A stretch of DNA of 64,000 nucleotides, from contig OY970373.1 of NCBI GenBank assembly GCA_963718645.1, positions 5,802,452-5,866,451 on the forward strand. Reading direction: 5' to 3'. How positions within the stretch are numbered: position 1 is the stretch's first letter; each line of letters starts with the position of its first letter. The DNA comes from an uncultured Acidobacteriota bacterium. GTDB taxonomy: Bacteria; Acidobacteriota; Thermoanaerobaculia; Multivoradales; UBA5704. A program made the position numbers and the translations under genes. The notes beneath the pieces are model-generated. The model did no database searches, had not been told where the DNA came from, and saw nothing but the letters and a program-made list of their open reading frames with translations. Of this stretch, positions 56,088-64,000 are shown piece after piece.

Positions 56088-58882
56088 TCGACCGCCGGAC
56101 CTGGGAACGCGTGGCGGCGCTGTTCGACGAGGCGCTGGAGCTGCCTCCCGCCGAGCGCGCCGCCGTTCTCGATCGCGCCTGCGCGGCCGGGGTGCGTGCC
56201 GAGGTCGAAGCGCTGCTCGCGGCCGACGAACGGGCGGCGAGCTTCCTCGCGGAGCCCGCGGATCCTTCCGGCCGCATCCTCGCGGCGGCGGTGATCGATC
56301 GCCGTGAGGAAGTGGCCGCGGAGCGGGTGGGCCAGCGGCTGGGCGCGTACCGGTTGGTGCGCGAGATCGGCCGCGGCGGCATGGGAGCGGTCTACCTCGC
56401 GGAGCGCGCCGACGGGCAATTCGAGCAGAGGGTGGCGATCAAGCTGATCCAGAGCGGCCGAGCGCGCGATCGCATCCTGCGCGACTTCCTGCGCGAGCGC
56501 CAGATCCTGGCCCGGCTCGAGCATCCCCACATCGCGCGCCTGCTCGACGGCGGCCTGACGCCCGCGGGCGAGCCGTACTTCGTCATGGAGTACGTCGCGG
56601 GACTGCCAATCACCGACCACTGCGCGCATCGTGGGCTGGCCGTGGAGGACCGCCTGCGCCTCTTCCTCGCGGCCTGCGAGGCGGTCGCGGCGGCGCACCG
56701 CGCGCAGGTCGTGCATCGGGATCTCAAGCCGTCGAACATCCTGGTCGACGGCGCCGGCGAGGTGAAGCTCCTCGATTTCGGCATTGCCAAGGTGCTGGGG
56801 CCGGAGACGGGCGAGGCCACCTTCACCGCCTCTCCGATGACGCCGCTCTACGCCTCTCCCGAGCAGATCCGCGGCCTGCCGGCCACGGAGCGCACCGACG
56901 TGTATGCGCTCGGGCTCCTGCTCTACGAGCTGCTCACGGGCCGGCGCGCGCACCGGGTCGACGCCGAGAGCCCGGAAGCGCTCGTCCGGGCCGTCCTGAC
57001 AGGCGTTCCCGAGCGGCCGAGCGCCGCGGCGCCCGCCCTGCGCCACAGGTTGCGTGGGGACCTCGACAACATCGTGCTCAAGGCTCTGCGCAAGGATCCG
57101 GCGAGCCGCTATCCGTCGGTGGTCGCGCTCGGCGAGGACGTCCGGCGCCATCTCGCCGGAGAGCCCGTGGCCGCCCGGGGGAGCGGCCTCCTGTATCGTG
57201 CGGCGAGGCGGCTGCGGCGTCGCCGGACCGAGGCTGCGGCGGGCGCGCTCGCCGTACTGGCCCTCGCCGGCGGCATGGTTCTCCGGCGCTCGCCCTCCGC
57301 GCCTCGGCCTTTGCGTTTCGAGATGTTCTCGAATTTCGCGGGCTCGCACCGCCAGCCGACGCTGTCGCCGGACGGGCGGCGAGTCGCGTTCATCCAGGAA
57401 GACGCCGCCGGCATTCCCCAGATCTTCCGCCGCGAGCTCGCGGGGGGCGAGGCCGTCCAGCTCACCCGGGGTGCGCCAGGCGCCCGCGTTCCCCGCTGGT
57501 CGCCGCGCGGAACGATCGTCTACGACGTGCCCGGCCAGGGCATCTGGAGCGTGCCCGCCGCGGGTGGCAAGCCGCGGCGGATCGTCGCGCTCGGCTTCCA
57601 TCCCAGCCTGTCGCGCGACGGCGCCTGGCTGGTCTACGAGTGGCGCACCGAGCTGTTCCTGGCCCATGGCGACGGCAGCGGAGCCCGTGCCATCCCCGGC
57701 GTGCACCTGCACTTTGCTTTCAACCCGGCCGGCCCCGCACTGTCGCCCGACGGCACCCAGGTGGTCTATTTCCAGGACACGATCGGGCCGGTCAAGGGGG
57801 ATCTGTACGTGGTCCCGATCACCGGCGGCGGGGCTCGCCGGCTGACGTTCGACGACGACCTCGCCGCCGATCCGGTGTGGACCCCTAACGGCTCGGCGAT
57901 CGTGTTCTCGTCGGCCCGGCGCGGCTCTCTCACGCTCTGGCGTGTGCCCGCGGCCGGAGGCCTTCCCGTGGCCGTGACCAGCGGATCGGGAGAGGATACC
58001 GAGGCGGCGATCTCGGCCGATGGCCGGCGGCTGATGTACTCCAACTCTCGCGCCGTATATGCCCTGAGCTGGCTCCAGCCCGGTTCCGGTGCCCGGCGCA
58101 CTCTGCTGGAATTGCACGGCTTCGTTCCTCATCCGAGCTTCGCTCCGGATGGCTCCCGGTTGACCTTCTTCAGACGCGCCGGGAAGAGCGAGCAGATCTT
58201 CACCCTCGCCGCCGACGGCAGCGGCGAGCGCCAGATGACGGCCGACCCTCGCCAGGTCGATGTATTGCCCGATTGGTCCGCCGACGGCCGGCAGATCTAT
58301 TTCTACCGCCTCGCACCCTCCCCCGCCTTCCTCCGCATGCCGGCGGCAGGGGGGCCGTCGATGGTCGTCGCGGCGGACTTTCCGCTCTCTGCGCGCCTGG
58401 GGGCGCACATGGACCCCGAGGGCCGGAGGCTGGCCTATCCGGTGATCGAGAACGGCCTCGTCCGCGCGACGCGAGTGCGCGAGCTCTCGACCGGAGAGGA
58501 GCGTGCCCTGTCCGAGCCCCTCGCCTGGCCGCGCTGGTCGGCCGACGGGCATTGGATCGCCGGCGGCGCCCGGGACGGCAGCCTCGCGCTCTGCCCCGCC
58601 GGCGGCGCATCCTGCCGCACACTCTCCCCGCGAGGCGCCGGTCCCCGGTGGTCGCAGGGCTGGGTCTATTTCGGGCGATACAGCGACCCGCTGGGTGAAG
58701 GCGACGTCAAGACGATCGAGATCCGCCGCGTGCGGCCCGACGGCTCCCGCGAAGAGCACGTGGCCAATCTGCCGGGCGCCCATCCCGTTCACTTCTTCTA
58801 CGACGTTTCCACCGCCGGTGCGATCGTCTGGTGCGAGTACCGCCCGAGCCGCTCGGAGCTGTGGACCGCCGAGCTGCCGTGA
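56084..58882 (+). CDS. Serine/threonine protein kinase with C-terminal TolB-like (PD40/WD40) beta-propeller
   Basis: Hanks kinase motifs (GRGGMGAVY, VAIK, HRDLKPSNIL, DFGIAK, SPEQ). TM segment. PD40-like repeats. Confidence 0.85.
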   Translation: MIDRRTWERVAALFDEALELPPAERAAVLDRACAAGVRAEVEALLAADERAASFLAEPADPSGRILAAAVIDRREEVAAERVGQRLGAYRLVREIGRGGMGAVYLAERADGQFEQRVAIKLIQSGRARDRILRDFLRERQILARLEHPHIARLLDGGLTPAGEPYFVMEYVAGLPITDHCAHRGLAVEDRLRLFLAACEAVAAAHRAQVVHRDLKPSNILVDGAGEVKLLDFGIAKVLGPETGEATFTASPMTPLYASPEQIRGLPATERTDVYALGLLLYELLTGRRAHRVDAESPEALVRAVLTGVPERPSAAAPALRHRLRGDLDNIVLKALRKDPASRYPSVVALGEDVRRHLAGEPVAARGSGLLYRAARRLRRRRTEAAAGALAVLALAGGMVLRRSPSAPRPLRFEMFSNFAGSHRQPTLSPDGRRVAFIQEDAAGIPQIFRRELAGGEAVQLTRGAPGARVPRWSPRGTIVYDVPGQGIWSVPAAGGKPRRIVALGFHPSLSRDGAWLVYEWRTELFLAHGDGSGARAIPGVHLHFAFNPAGPALSPDGTQVVYFQDTIGPVKGDLYVVPITGGGARRLTFDDDLAADPVWTPNGSAIVFSSARRGSLTLWRVPAAGGLPVAVTSGSGEDTEAAISADGRRLMYSNSRAVYALSWLQPGSGARRTLLELHGFVPHPSFAPDGSRLTFFRRAGKSEQIFTLAADGSGERQMTADPRQVDVLPDWSADGRQIYFYRLAPSPAFLRMPAAGGPSMVVAADFPLSARLGAHMDPEGRRLAYPVIENGLVRATRVRELSTGEERALSEPLAWPRWSADGHWIAGGARDGSLALCPAGGASCRTLSPRGAGPRWSQGWVYFGRYSDPLGEGDVKTIEIRRVRPDGSREEHVANLPGAHPVHFFYDVSTAGAIVWCEYRPSRSELWTAELP

Positions 58883-58888
58883 GCCGGG

Positions 58889-60097
58889 CTACGCACCGCT
58901 CTTGAGGCCATCCAGGACCCGATCGACGCCCTCCAGAAAGGATTTCTCGACATCGTCGGTATAGGGCGTGATGTTCATTTCATAGCCCTTCAAGCCGTCG
59001 TGGAACGCTGCGTGGGTCGGGAGATATCCCGAATACCCGTTGACCAGGCCGCCCAGAATGGTATGGGTGAACCCGCGCGCCTGCGCCCGTTTGCGGATCT
59101 TGTCGCCATATTCGAAAAAGACCTCGGCCGAGCAGGAGAGGATGGCTATGCTTCCCAGGCGCAGGCCGTTGATCGTGATGGCGGGGGTGTGCGGGTAGCC
59201 GGGGCGCGGCTGAGGATTGATGATCTCCTCGGCGGTGACCATGGAGGCAATGGGCACCGGCTGGGCCTTCGATAGCGTGATCTCGACGTCACCTTTGAGA
59301 TAAACGCCGAAATCCGTGATCGCCTTGTAGTTGCTGCGCGGAATGCCGGTGGGAAATACCGGCGACAGGTCGCCGGAGAAGCCTTGGAGGAAGAGAGCGA
59401 CGAAGTCGTCCTTCTCCCAGCGCTTCTCCAACTGTTGCATGGCCAGCCCCACGAACTCGGGAGTGATCTCGTAGTTTTCTGCATACAACGTCGGATGAAC
59501 GCCGTAGCTCACCAGGCAGGCCAACGGGGAGGGCGCTTCGCCGGCCTGCTGCCGCTCGAGGATCAGAGCGCTGACCGTCAAGTCGACGGGCTTGTCCTTG
59601 AGGTCGACCGGCTTTTCGAGATGCGGCCGCCGAAAGCGGCAGAGCGGGCAGGTGCCGATGCCCACCTTCGCGGTCACCGGCACCAGGGAGCTTTTCAGAG
59701 CGCTGATTTTGCTCGTGATCCGTCGCACCGAATCCGCGCTGATCGCCGGCGCGTAGTGGGTGTGGGTCGCGCAGACGAACACCGATTCCTGGTCGGATCC
59801 AAGCGCTTTCGCCCAATCGCCGCGCGCCCCCTGCGGGATGGTGGCAGGGATGCGCTTCTCGGCGTCCCCGGGAAAGGCGTAGAAATCATTTTCATGGGAG
59901 AAGGCACAGTCGAGGCTGAGGATCGCGGTGCGGCGGGAGCCAGCCTCCAGGATCAGGATGCGCGCGAAAAGTTTGTCCCGGATCGCGGTAGCCTTCACAT
60001 GGCCATAACCTTTCAGGAAGACCTCTCCGCGTTTCACCTCGTCCAGGCTGGGGGTGATTTCGATCCGCTCGGCTGCGGCTCGCAATGAGTTGTCCAT
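58889..60097 (-). CDS. Hypothetical protein (402 aa)
   Basis: Long ORF with strong GC3 bias. No confidently recognised domain. Confidence 0.5.
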   Translation of the reverse strand: MDNSLRAAAERIEITPSLDEVKRGEVFLKGYGHVKATAIRDKLFARILILEAGSRRTAILSLDCAFSHENDFYAFPGDAEKRIPATIPQGARGDWAKALGSDQESVFVCATHTHYAPAISADSVRRITSKISALKSSLVPVTAKVGIGTCPLCRFRRPHLEKPVDLKDKPVDLTVSALILERQQAGEAPSPLACLVSYGVHPTLYAENYEITPEFVGLAMQQLEKRWEKDDFVALFLQGFSGDLSPVFPTGIPRSNYKAITDFGVYLKGDVEITLSKAQPVPIASMVTAEEIINPQPRPGYPHTPAITINGLRLGSIAILSCSAEVFFEYGDKIRKRAQARGFTHTILGGLVNGYSGYLPTHAAFHDGLKGYEMNITPYTDDVEKSFLEGVDRVLDGLKSGA

Positions 60098-60253
60098 GGC
60101 GCCACTCCTGTGGGTAGGGCATTTGCCCGATTGAACGCCGGCCGGTCGGGCGGCGACGTTCGCCGCCCGCCTTGCCGTTACCCACTGAGTGATGGCTGGA
60201 TCCGCGGAATTGCAAGTTTTCTTTGACGTCAGCTCGATCGGGCCGCGGCGAAA

Positions 60254-62788
60254 TCACGGGGCTGGCAATGGCCGCTGCCAGATGCCGTTGCCGTGCGTCA
60301 CCAGCCGCAGCAGCCGCTCGGGGGCGTAGAGCACGAGCTCCATGCTCATCACGCCCGGGTAGAGACCTTCGCTCCAGGGCTGCCAACTCGTCCCGCCGTC
60401 GACGGAACGGTAGACGCCGCGGTCGGTGGCCACGTAGAAATGACGGGAGTGGGGATCGGCCGGATCGATCAGCAGGCTCCCGGCCCAGACGTCGGGGAGA
60501 TGGCCGCCGTCGAGGTCCAGCCACTTTTGGGGCGCTCCGGGTGCCCTGTCGAGCTTCCAGACGTGGGAGAAGCCGTAGCCGCCGAGCGTGAGGTAGAGGG
60601 TCGATTCGGTCGCGTCGTGCGGATCGAAGAGGAGCGACATCGGATAGCCGGTCTCGGGCAGATCGTAGGTGATCCGTTCCCAGGTGCGCCCCACGTCCCG
60701 GGACTCGAAGACGTTCATCCGGTTGTAGCGGGGCGCGGTGGCGATCACCAGGTGGTCGTCGTGCTTCGGGGCCACGGCCAGGGAGAAGACCGGGTTCCCA
60801 TCCAGCTCGCGGCCGAGGCTGGTGGGCGCCCAGGTGACGCCCGGGGCGTCGTTCGAGGTGCAGGACTTCTCGGGGATGCTCTTCTCCGCGGCCGAGAGCC
60901 CGGCCCAATCGTGAATCGGGGCCCTGTCCGAACGGTAGACCACGTCGCGCGCGGCGTAGAGGCGGTTCGGGTTCGAGGGCGCGAGCACGAGGGGCGCGTT
61001 CCAGGAGACGTTGTCGAGGCAGTTGGCGCTGCGCCGATACGGGTCGACGTCGGGGATGTAGCAGGGATCGAAGGCCGAGGCGGGATCGATCGGCGGCGCC
61101 TTTTCATCCTTGCGCCAGCGGCCGAGCTGACGGTTGCTGTGCGTGGTGAAATAGCCGATGCCGTTCTCGTCGTCGAAGGTGGAGAAGCCCGCCTCCTGCC
61201 CCCAGCCGGACACGATCGTCCATGGAGGCTTGGCGCTGGCGCCGCCGGCTCCTTGATAGCGCAGGAAGCCCACGCCATAGTCCTGGGGCACGCCGGCGAT
61301 GAAGTCGCGATCCTTCTGCGAGATCGAAACGCCGCGGTAGAACTGCAGGGTGTTGAATCCCTGGTTGACCCGTTCGATCGTGCGCCCGCCGTCTGCCGAA
61401 CGGTAGACGCCCTGATCGCAGGCGAAGTAGACGATCTCGGGCTCGCCCGGCGCGTAGACGATGGCGTGGAAGTCGACGAAGATCAGCGAATCGGTCGTCT
61501 GCGTGTAGACGGCCTGCGCCACCAGCCGGTTCTCTTTCCAGACCACGAAGCTCTCGAGCGTCTTGCCGCCGTCGAAGGAGCGTTGGGGGTTGACGTAGCC
61601 GACGAAGAGCTCGTCGGGCTCCTGCGGGTGGACCGCCAGGGTGTTGGCGTACCACCCCTGCGTATAGCCGCCGTCGTTGGTGGTGCTCCGCGTCTCCCAG
61701 GAATCCCCGCCGTCGACGCTGCGCAGAAGATAGGACGACGGCGCCAGCAGCGGCGTTGGAATGTAGAGGCATTTGAAACGTTTGTTCTCCGGATAGGTGA
61801 TGCCGTCGGCGCCGCCGTTCTCGTCGGCGCCGGGATCGACCTTGTTGTTCGCGAAGGTGAGCTGGGTCAGGTTGCCGATGCTGACGTAGAGGGTGTCGGG
61901 GTTGGAGGCCGAGCGGGCCAGCTCGGCCTTGCCCTGATAGGTCACCGGCAGGCCGCGCACGAGATGGGTCCAGGTGGCGCCGCCGTCCCTCGTCTTGTAG
62001 AGGCCGTGGCCGGGACTGGCGAAATCTCCGCACCCGGCCACGATCTCGCGCGGGTTTTTGGGATTGACGCTCAGCGAGCTCGCGGCGACGACGTTGAGGG
62101 AAAGCTTCCAGTCCTCCGCCGCGCCGGAGCCGCCGTTGCTCTTCGAGGAGTCGAGCCGGTAGATCCCCTCGGAGGTGGCGGCCCAGACGGTGAAGCGGCT
62201 CGGATCGGCGGGATCGGGGACGATCGAGAGGGCCTGCACGCCGGTCTGCTGGCTCGGTTGGCGGTCGAGGCTCTTCGTCCAGGTCTTGCCGCCGTCGTTC
62301 GAGCGGAGGATGCCGATCCCGTAGTTGCCGCGCGAGGCCTGGTTGTCGAAGCCCCGCGCCGTCGTCTTTTGGTAGCCGTAGACCTCGCCGGTGCCGATGT
62401 AGAGGATGTCCGGATCGCGCGGATCGATCGCGATGGCGCCGACCCCGAGGACCGGAAAGCCGGTGTCCACGTAGCGCCAGCGCCAGAGGGGCTTGCCGGC
62501 GTCGCGCCAGTTGGCCGCGCGGGGATCGCCGTTCTGGGGCGCGCCGGAGAGCTCGCTCACCCAGAGGCCGCCGCTCGCCGAGCCGGCGAACACGTGGTTG
62601 GGATTCCGCGGATCGACGGCGAGCGAGATCACGCGTCCGCCCAGCCCCTCGTTGCCGGGCTCGCCGAAGGGGCCGAGCGCGCGCCACCCCTCCTCGGCAT
62701 GAAGGGCGCGGGGGGTAACCGCGAACAGCGCGCACAGGATGATGGCCAGACAGAGGATTACGACTCGCTCGCGAGCGTCCTGCCCCAT
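60254..62788 (-). CDS. Secreted sortilin/Vps10-like BNR repeat protein (paralog of 28678-31875)
   Basis: Signal peptide. BNR motifs (SNDGGKTWT, TRDGGATWT, SVDGGDSWE, SFDGGKTLE, SADGGRTIE, SRDVGRTWE, SVDGGTSWQ). Confidence 0.8.
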   Translation of the reverse strand: MGQDARERVVILCLAIILCALFAVTPRALHAEEGWRALGPFGEPGNEGLGGRVISLAVDPRNPNHVFAGSASGGLWVSELSGAPQNGDPRAANWRDAGKPLWRWRYVDTGFPVLGVGAIAIDPRDPDILYIGTGEVYGYQKTTARGFDNQASRGNYGIGILRSNDGGKTWTKSLDRQPSQQTGVQALSIVPDPADPSRFTVWAATSEGIYRLDSSKSNGGSGAAEDWKLSLNVVAASSLSVNPKNPREIVAGCGDFASPGHGLYKTRDGGATWTHLVRGLPVTYQGKAELARSASNPDTLYVSIGNLTQLTFANNKVDPGADENGGADGITYPENKRFKCLYIPTPLLAPSSYLLRSVDGGDSWETRSTTNDGGYTQGWYANTLAVHPQEPDELFVGYVNPQRSFDGGKTLESFVVWKENRLVAQAVYTQTTDSLIFVDFHAIVYAPGEPEIVYFACDQGVYRSADGGRTIERVNQGFNTLQFYRGVSISQKDRDFIAGVPQDYGVGFLRYQGAGGASAKPPWTIVSGWGQEAGFSTFDDENGIGYFTTHSNRQLGRWRKDEKAPPIDPASAFDPCYIPDVDPYRRSANCLDNVSWNAPLVLAPSNPNRLYAARDVVYRSDRAPIHDWAGLSAAEKSIPEKSCTSNDAPGVTWAPTSLGRELDGNPVFSLAVAPKHDDHLVIATAPRYNRMNVFESRDVGRTWERITYDLPETGYPMSLLFDPHDATESTLYLTLGGYGFSHVWKLDRAPGAPQKWLDLDGGHLPDVWAGSLLIDPADPHSRHFYVATDRGVYRSVDGGTSWQPWSEGLYPGVMSMELVLYAPERLLRLVTHGNGIWQRPLPAP

Positions 62789-62955
62789 GAGATATCTCCA
62801 GGTTAGAGCTGCTTTGGCGGCAGGATACCAAACTTCTTTTCCGTGGCGAGGCTCTTCGCAAAGGATCGAGGGCTATCACCACAACCGACTCCTGGAGGCG
62901 CGATAAGGGCGCTGCAAGTTGCAGGAGTTGGGAAAGAGGAGGCGGTACTTGGGCG

Positions 62956-63819
62956 GTGTTTGTGATATCCTTAGGCGCCATGGACTATCTGCCCACGCTT
63001 GAAGATGATGCCTTAGTGACACCGGAGGTCGGCGACTGGGCTGAGGACAAGTACCAACTCGTCAGGTGTTATGCCACGATCTTTTCCAGCTCGATGTCTG
63101 GAAAGTGGGGATCTCTGGTCTACATGGACCTCTTCGCCGGTGCTGGTCGTTCGCGGATACGCGAAAGCAGTCGCATTATTCCAGCTTCGCCGCTGGTTGC
63201 TCTTGACATCGGTAAGCCATTTTCCAAATATATCTTTGCCGAGCTTGACACTACCAAGATCTCCGCCTTGGAGCAACGCATCGGGCGATCCTATCCGGAT
63301 CAAAACGTGGCTTTCGTTCCAGGCGACTGCAATGATCGGATTGAGGACATCGCTGCTCAGATTCCGAGTCTAAGCAGGGGCTCCAGCGTACTCACTTTCG
63401 CCTTCATTGATCCCTATCGCTTAAACAATTTGCGTTTTCGAACTATCGAGCGGCTCGCCAGAAACCGCAAGGTCGACTTCCTGATATTACTACCTTCGGG
63501 GATGGATGCCAACCGGAACGAGGTGCTATATACTCGCGCTGAGAATAGTATCGTTGCCAACTTCATCGGCGATTCAGATTGGCGTGCCAGGCGAAAGGCC
63601 AGTCGTCTTGGCTTTGGAGATTTCGTAGTCGACGAATTTGGAAGATCCATGGCGAGGATCGGCTACCACTACGATGGGCTTGGCGACATGCAGTTGATTC
63701 GGTCTACTGAGAAAAACTTACCTCTGTACTACTTAGGTTTTTTCAGCAAGCATCCACTAGGCTCCAAATTTTGGGAGCAGTGCAGAAAGTACACGAATCC
63801 CCAGAGATCTCTCTTCTAA
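62956..63819 (+). CDS. tcmP: Three-Cys-motif partner protein TcmP
   Basis: N-terminal [18 protein letters not shown] matches the TcmP family signature. Immediately upstream of a Gp37/Gp68 three-Cys gene. AT-richer. Confidence 0.6.
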   Translation: MFVISLGAMDYLPTLEDDALVTPEVGDWAEDKYQLVRCYATIFSSSMSGKWGSLVYMDLFAGAGRSRIRESSRIIPASPLVALDIGKPFSKYIFAELDTTKISALEQRIGRSYPDQNVAFVPGDCNDRIEDIAAQIPSLSRGSSVLTFAFIDPYRLNNLRFRTIERLARNRKVDFLILLPSGMDANRNEVLYTRAENSIVANFIGDSDWRARRKASRLGFGDFVVDEFGRSMARIGYHYDGLGDMQLIRSTEKNLPLYYLGFFSKHPLGSKFWEQCRKYTNPQRSLF

Positions 63820-63835
63820 CAATAGCGGAGTACTT

Positions 63836-64000
63836 ATGTCCGAGGCATCTAAGATCGAATGGACCGATGCAACGTGGAACCCGATCCGCGGCTGCACAAA
63901 ATTAAGCGCCGGCTGCAAACACTGCTACGCAGAGAGGTTTGCAGAACGCTTCCGTGGCACTCCTGGGCATCCATATGAACAAGGATTCGATCTGCGCCTA
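63836..64000 (+). CDS. Phage Gp37/Gp68 family (DUF5131) three-Cys-motif protein, N-terminal fragment (continues past window end)
   Basis: [33 protein letters not shown] contains the CxxxxxxCxxC motif and the conserved EWTDATWNP start. GGAG RBS. Confidence 0.7.
   Translation, partial: MSEASKIEWTDATWNPIRGCTKLSAGCKHCYAERFAERFRGTPGHPYEQGFDLRL

Overview
High-GC bacterial chromosomal segment (gene content suggests an Acidobacteria-like organism: sortilin/BNR proteins, an ECF-sigma/Ser-Thr-kinase pair, many lipoproteins). It is housekeeping backbone interrupted by several accessory insertions.

Backbone, by approximate position:
- 0-9.5 kb: a tandem efflux block (TolC-like outer-membrane factor C-terminus, RND adaptor plus AcrB-like pump, MacA/MacB-like adaptor/ATPase/permease, MFS).
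- 15-28 kb: pyrF, two FKBP isomerases, hutI, DivIVA, YggS, a zinc-ribbon protein, tRNA-Met, sulfatase, Slt70 transglycosylase, rpsU.
- 28-39 kb: a sortilin/BNR protein, a GGDEF diguanylate cyclase, PBP1A.
- 54-62.8 kb: a second sortilin/BNR protein, a 7-repeat propeller protein, ECF sigma plus Ser/Thr kinase with a TolB-like domain.

Accessory content:
1. 10.2-12.7 kb: a compact 'grasp-with-spasm'-type RiPP operon (ATP-grasp ligase, small ORF, SPASM-only maturase without the radical-SAM Cys triad, and a 53-aa Thr/Asp/Glu-rich precursor). It is followed by a terminator and an array of CTTT(C/G)AAAG palindromes in front of a Fic gene.
2. 14.1-15.0 kb: a TA remnant fused to an AhpD-like gene that carries an in-frame TGA exactly at the CxxC position with a SECIS-like hairpin 9 nt downstream (candidate selenoprotein, or a decaying gene).
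3. 18.5-19.5 kb: an AbiEii-type nucleotidyltransferase pair.
4. 34.7-36.2 kb: insertions behind the GGDEF gene, flanked by three copies of the gene's 3' end.
5. 39.5-45.8 kb: a 6.2-kb integrase island in tRNA-Arg(CCG) with 46-bp att direct repeats, internal arm-like repeats, and a visibly AT-richer cargo core (DUF3800-like plus unknowns).
6. 46.3-52.1 kb: MNT/HepT, DUF2971, and an AT-richer transporter/nicotinamidase/thioesterase segment bracketed by degenerate RHH-antitoxin copies.
7. 52.5-53.7 kb: an analogous insertion behind a metallopeptidase gene, also flanked by a duplicated gene 3' end.
8. 62.9 kb to end: a TcmP plus Gp37/Gp68 (three-Cys-motif) module.

Several unusual intergenic repeat architectures are also present (CACGGAC heptamer mega-hairpin, 5 tandem palindrome+A-tract units, a 33-bp perfect inverted repeat). 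No CRISPR array or rRNA was seen.
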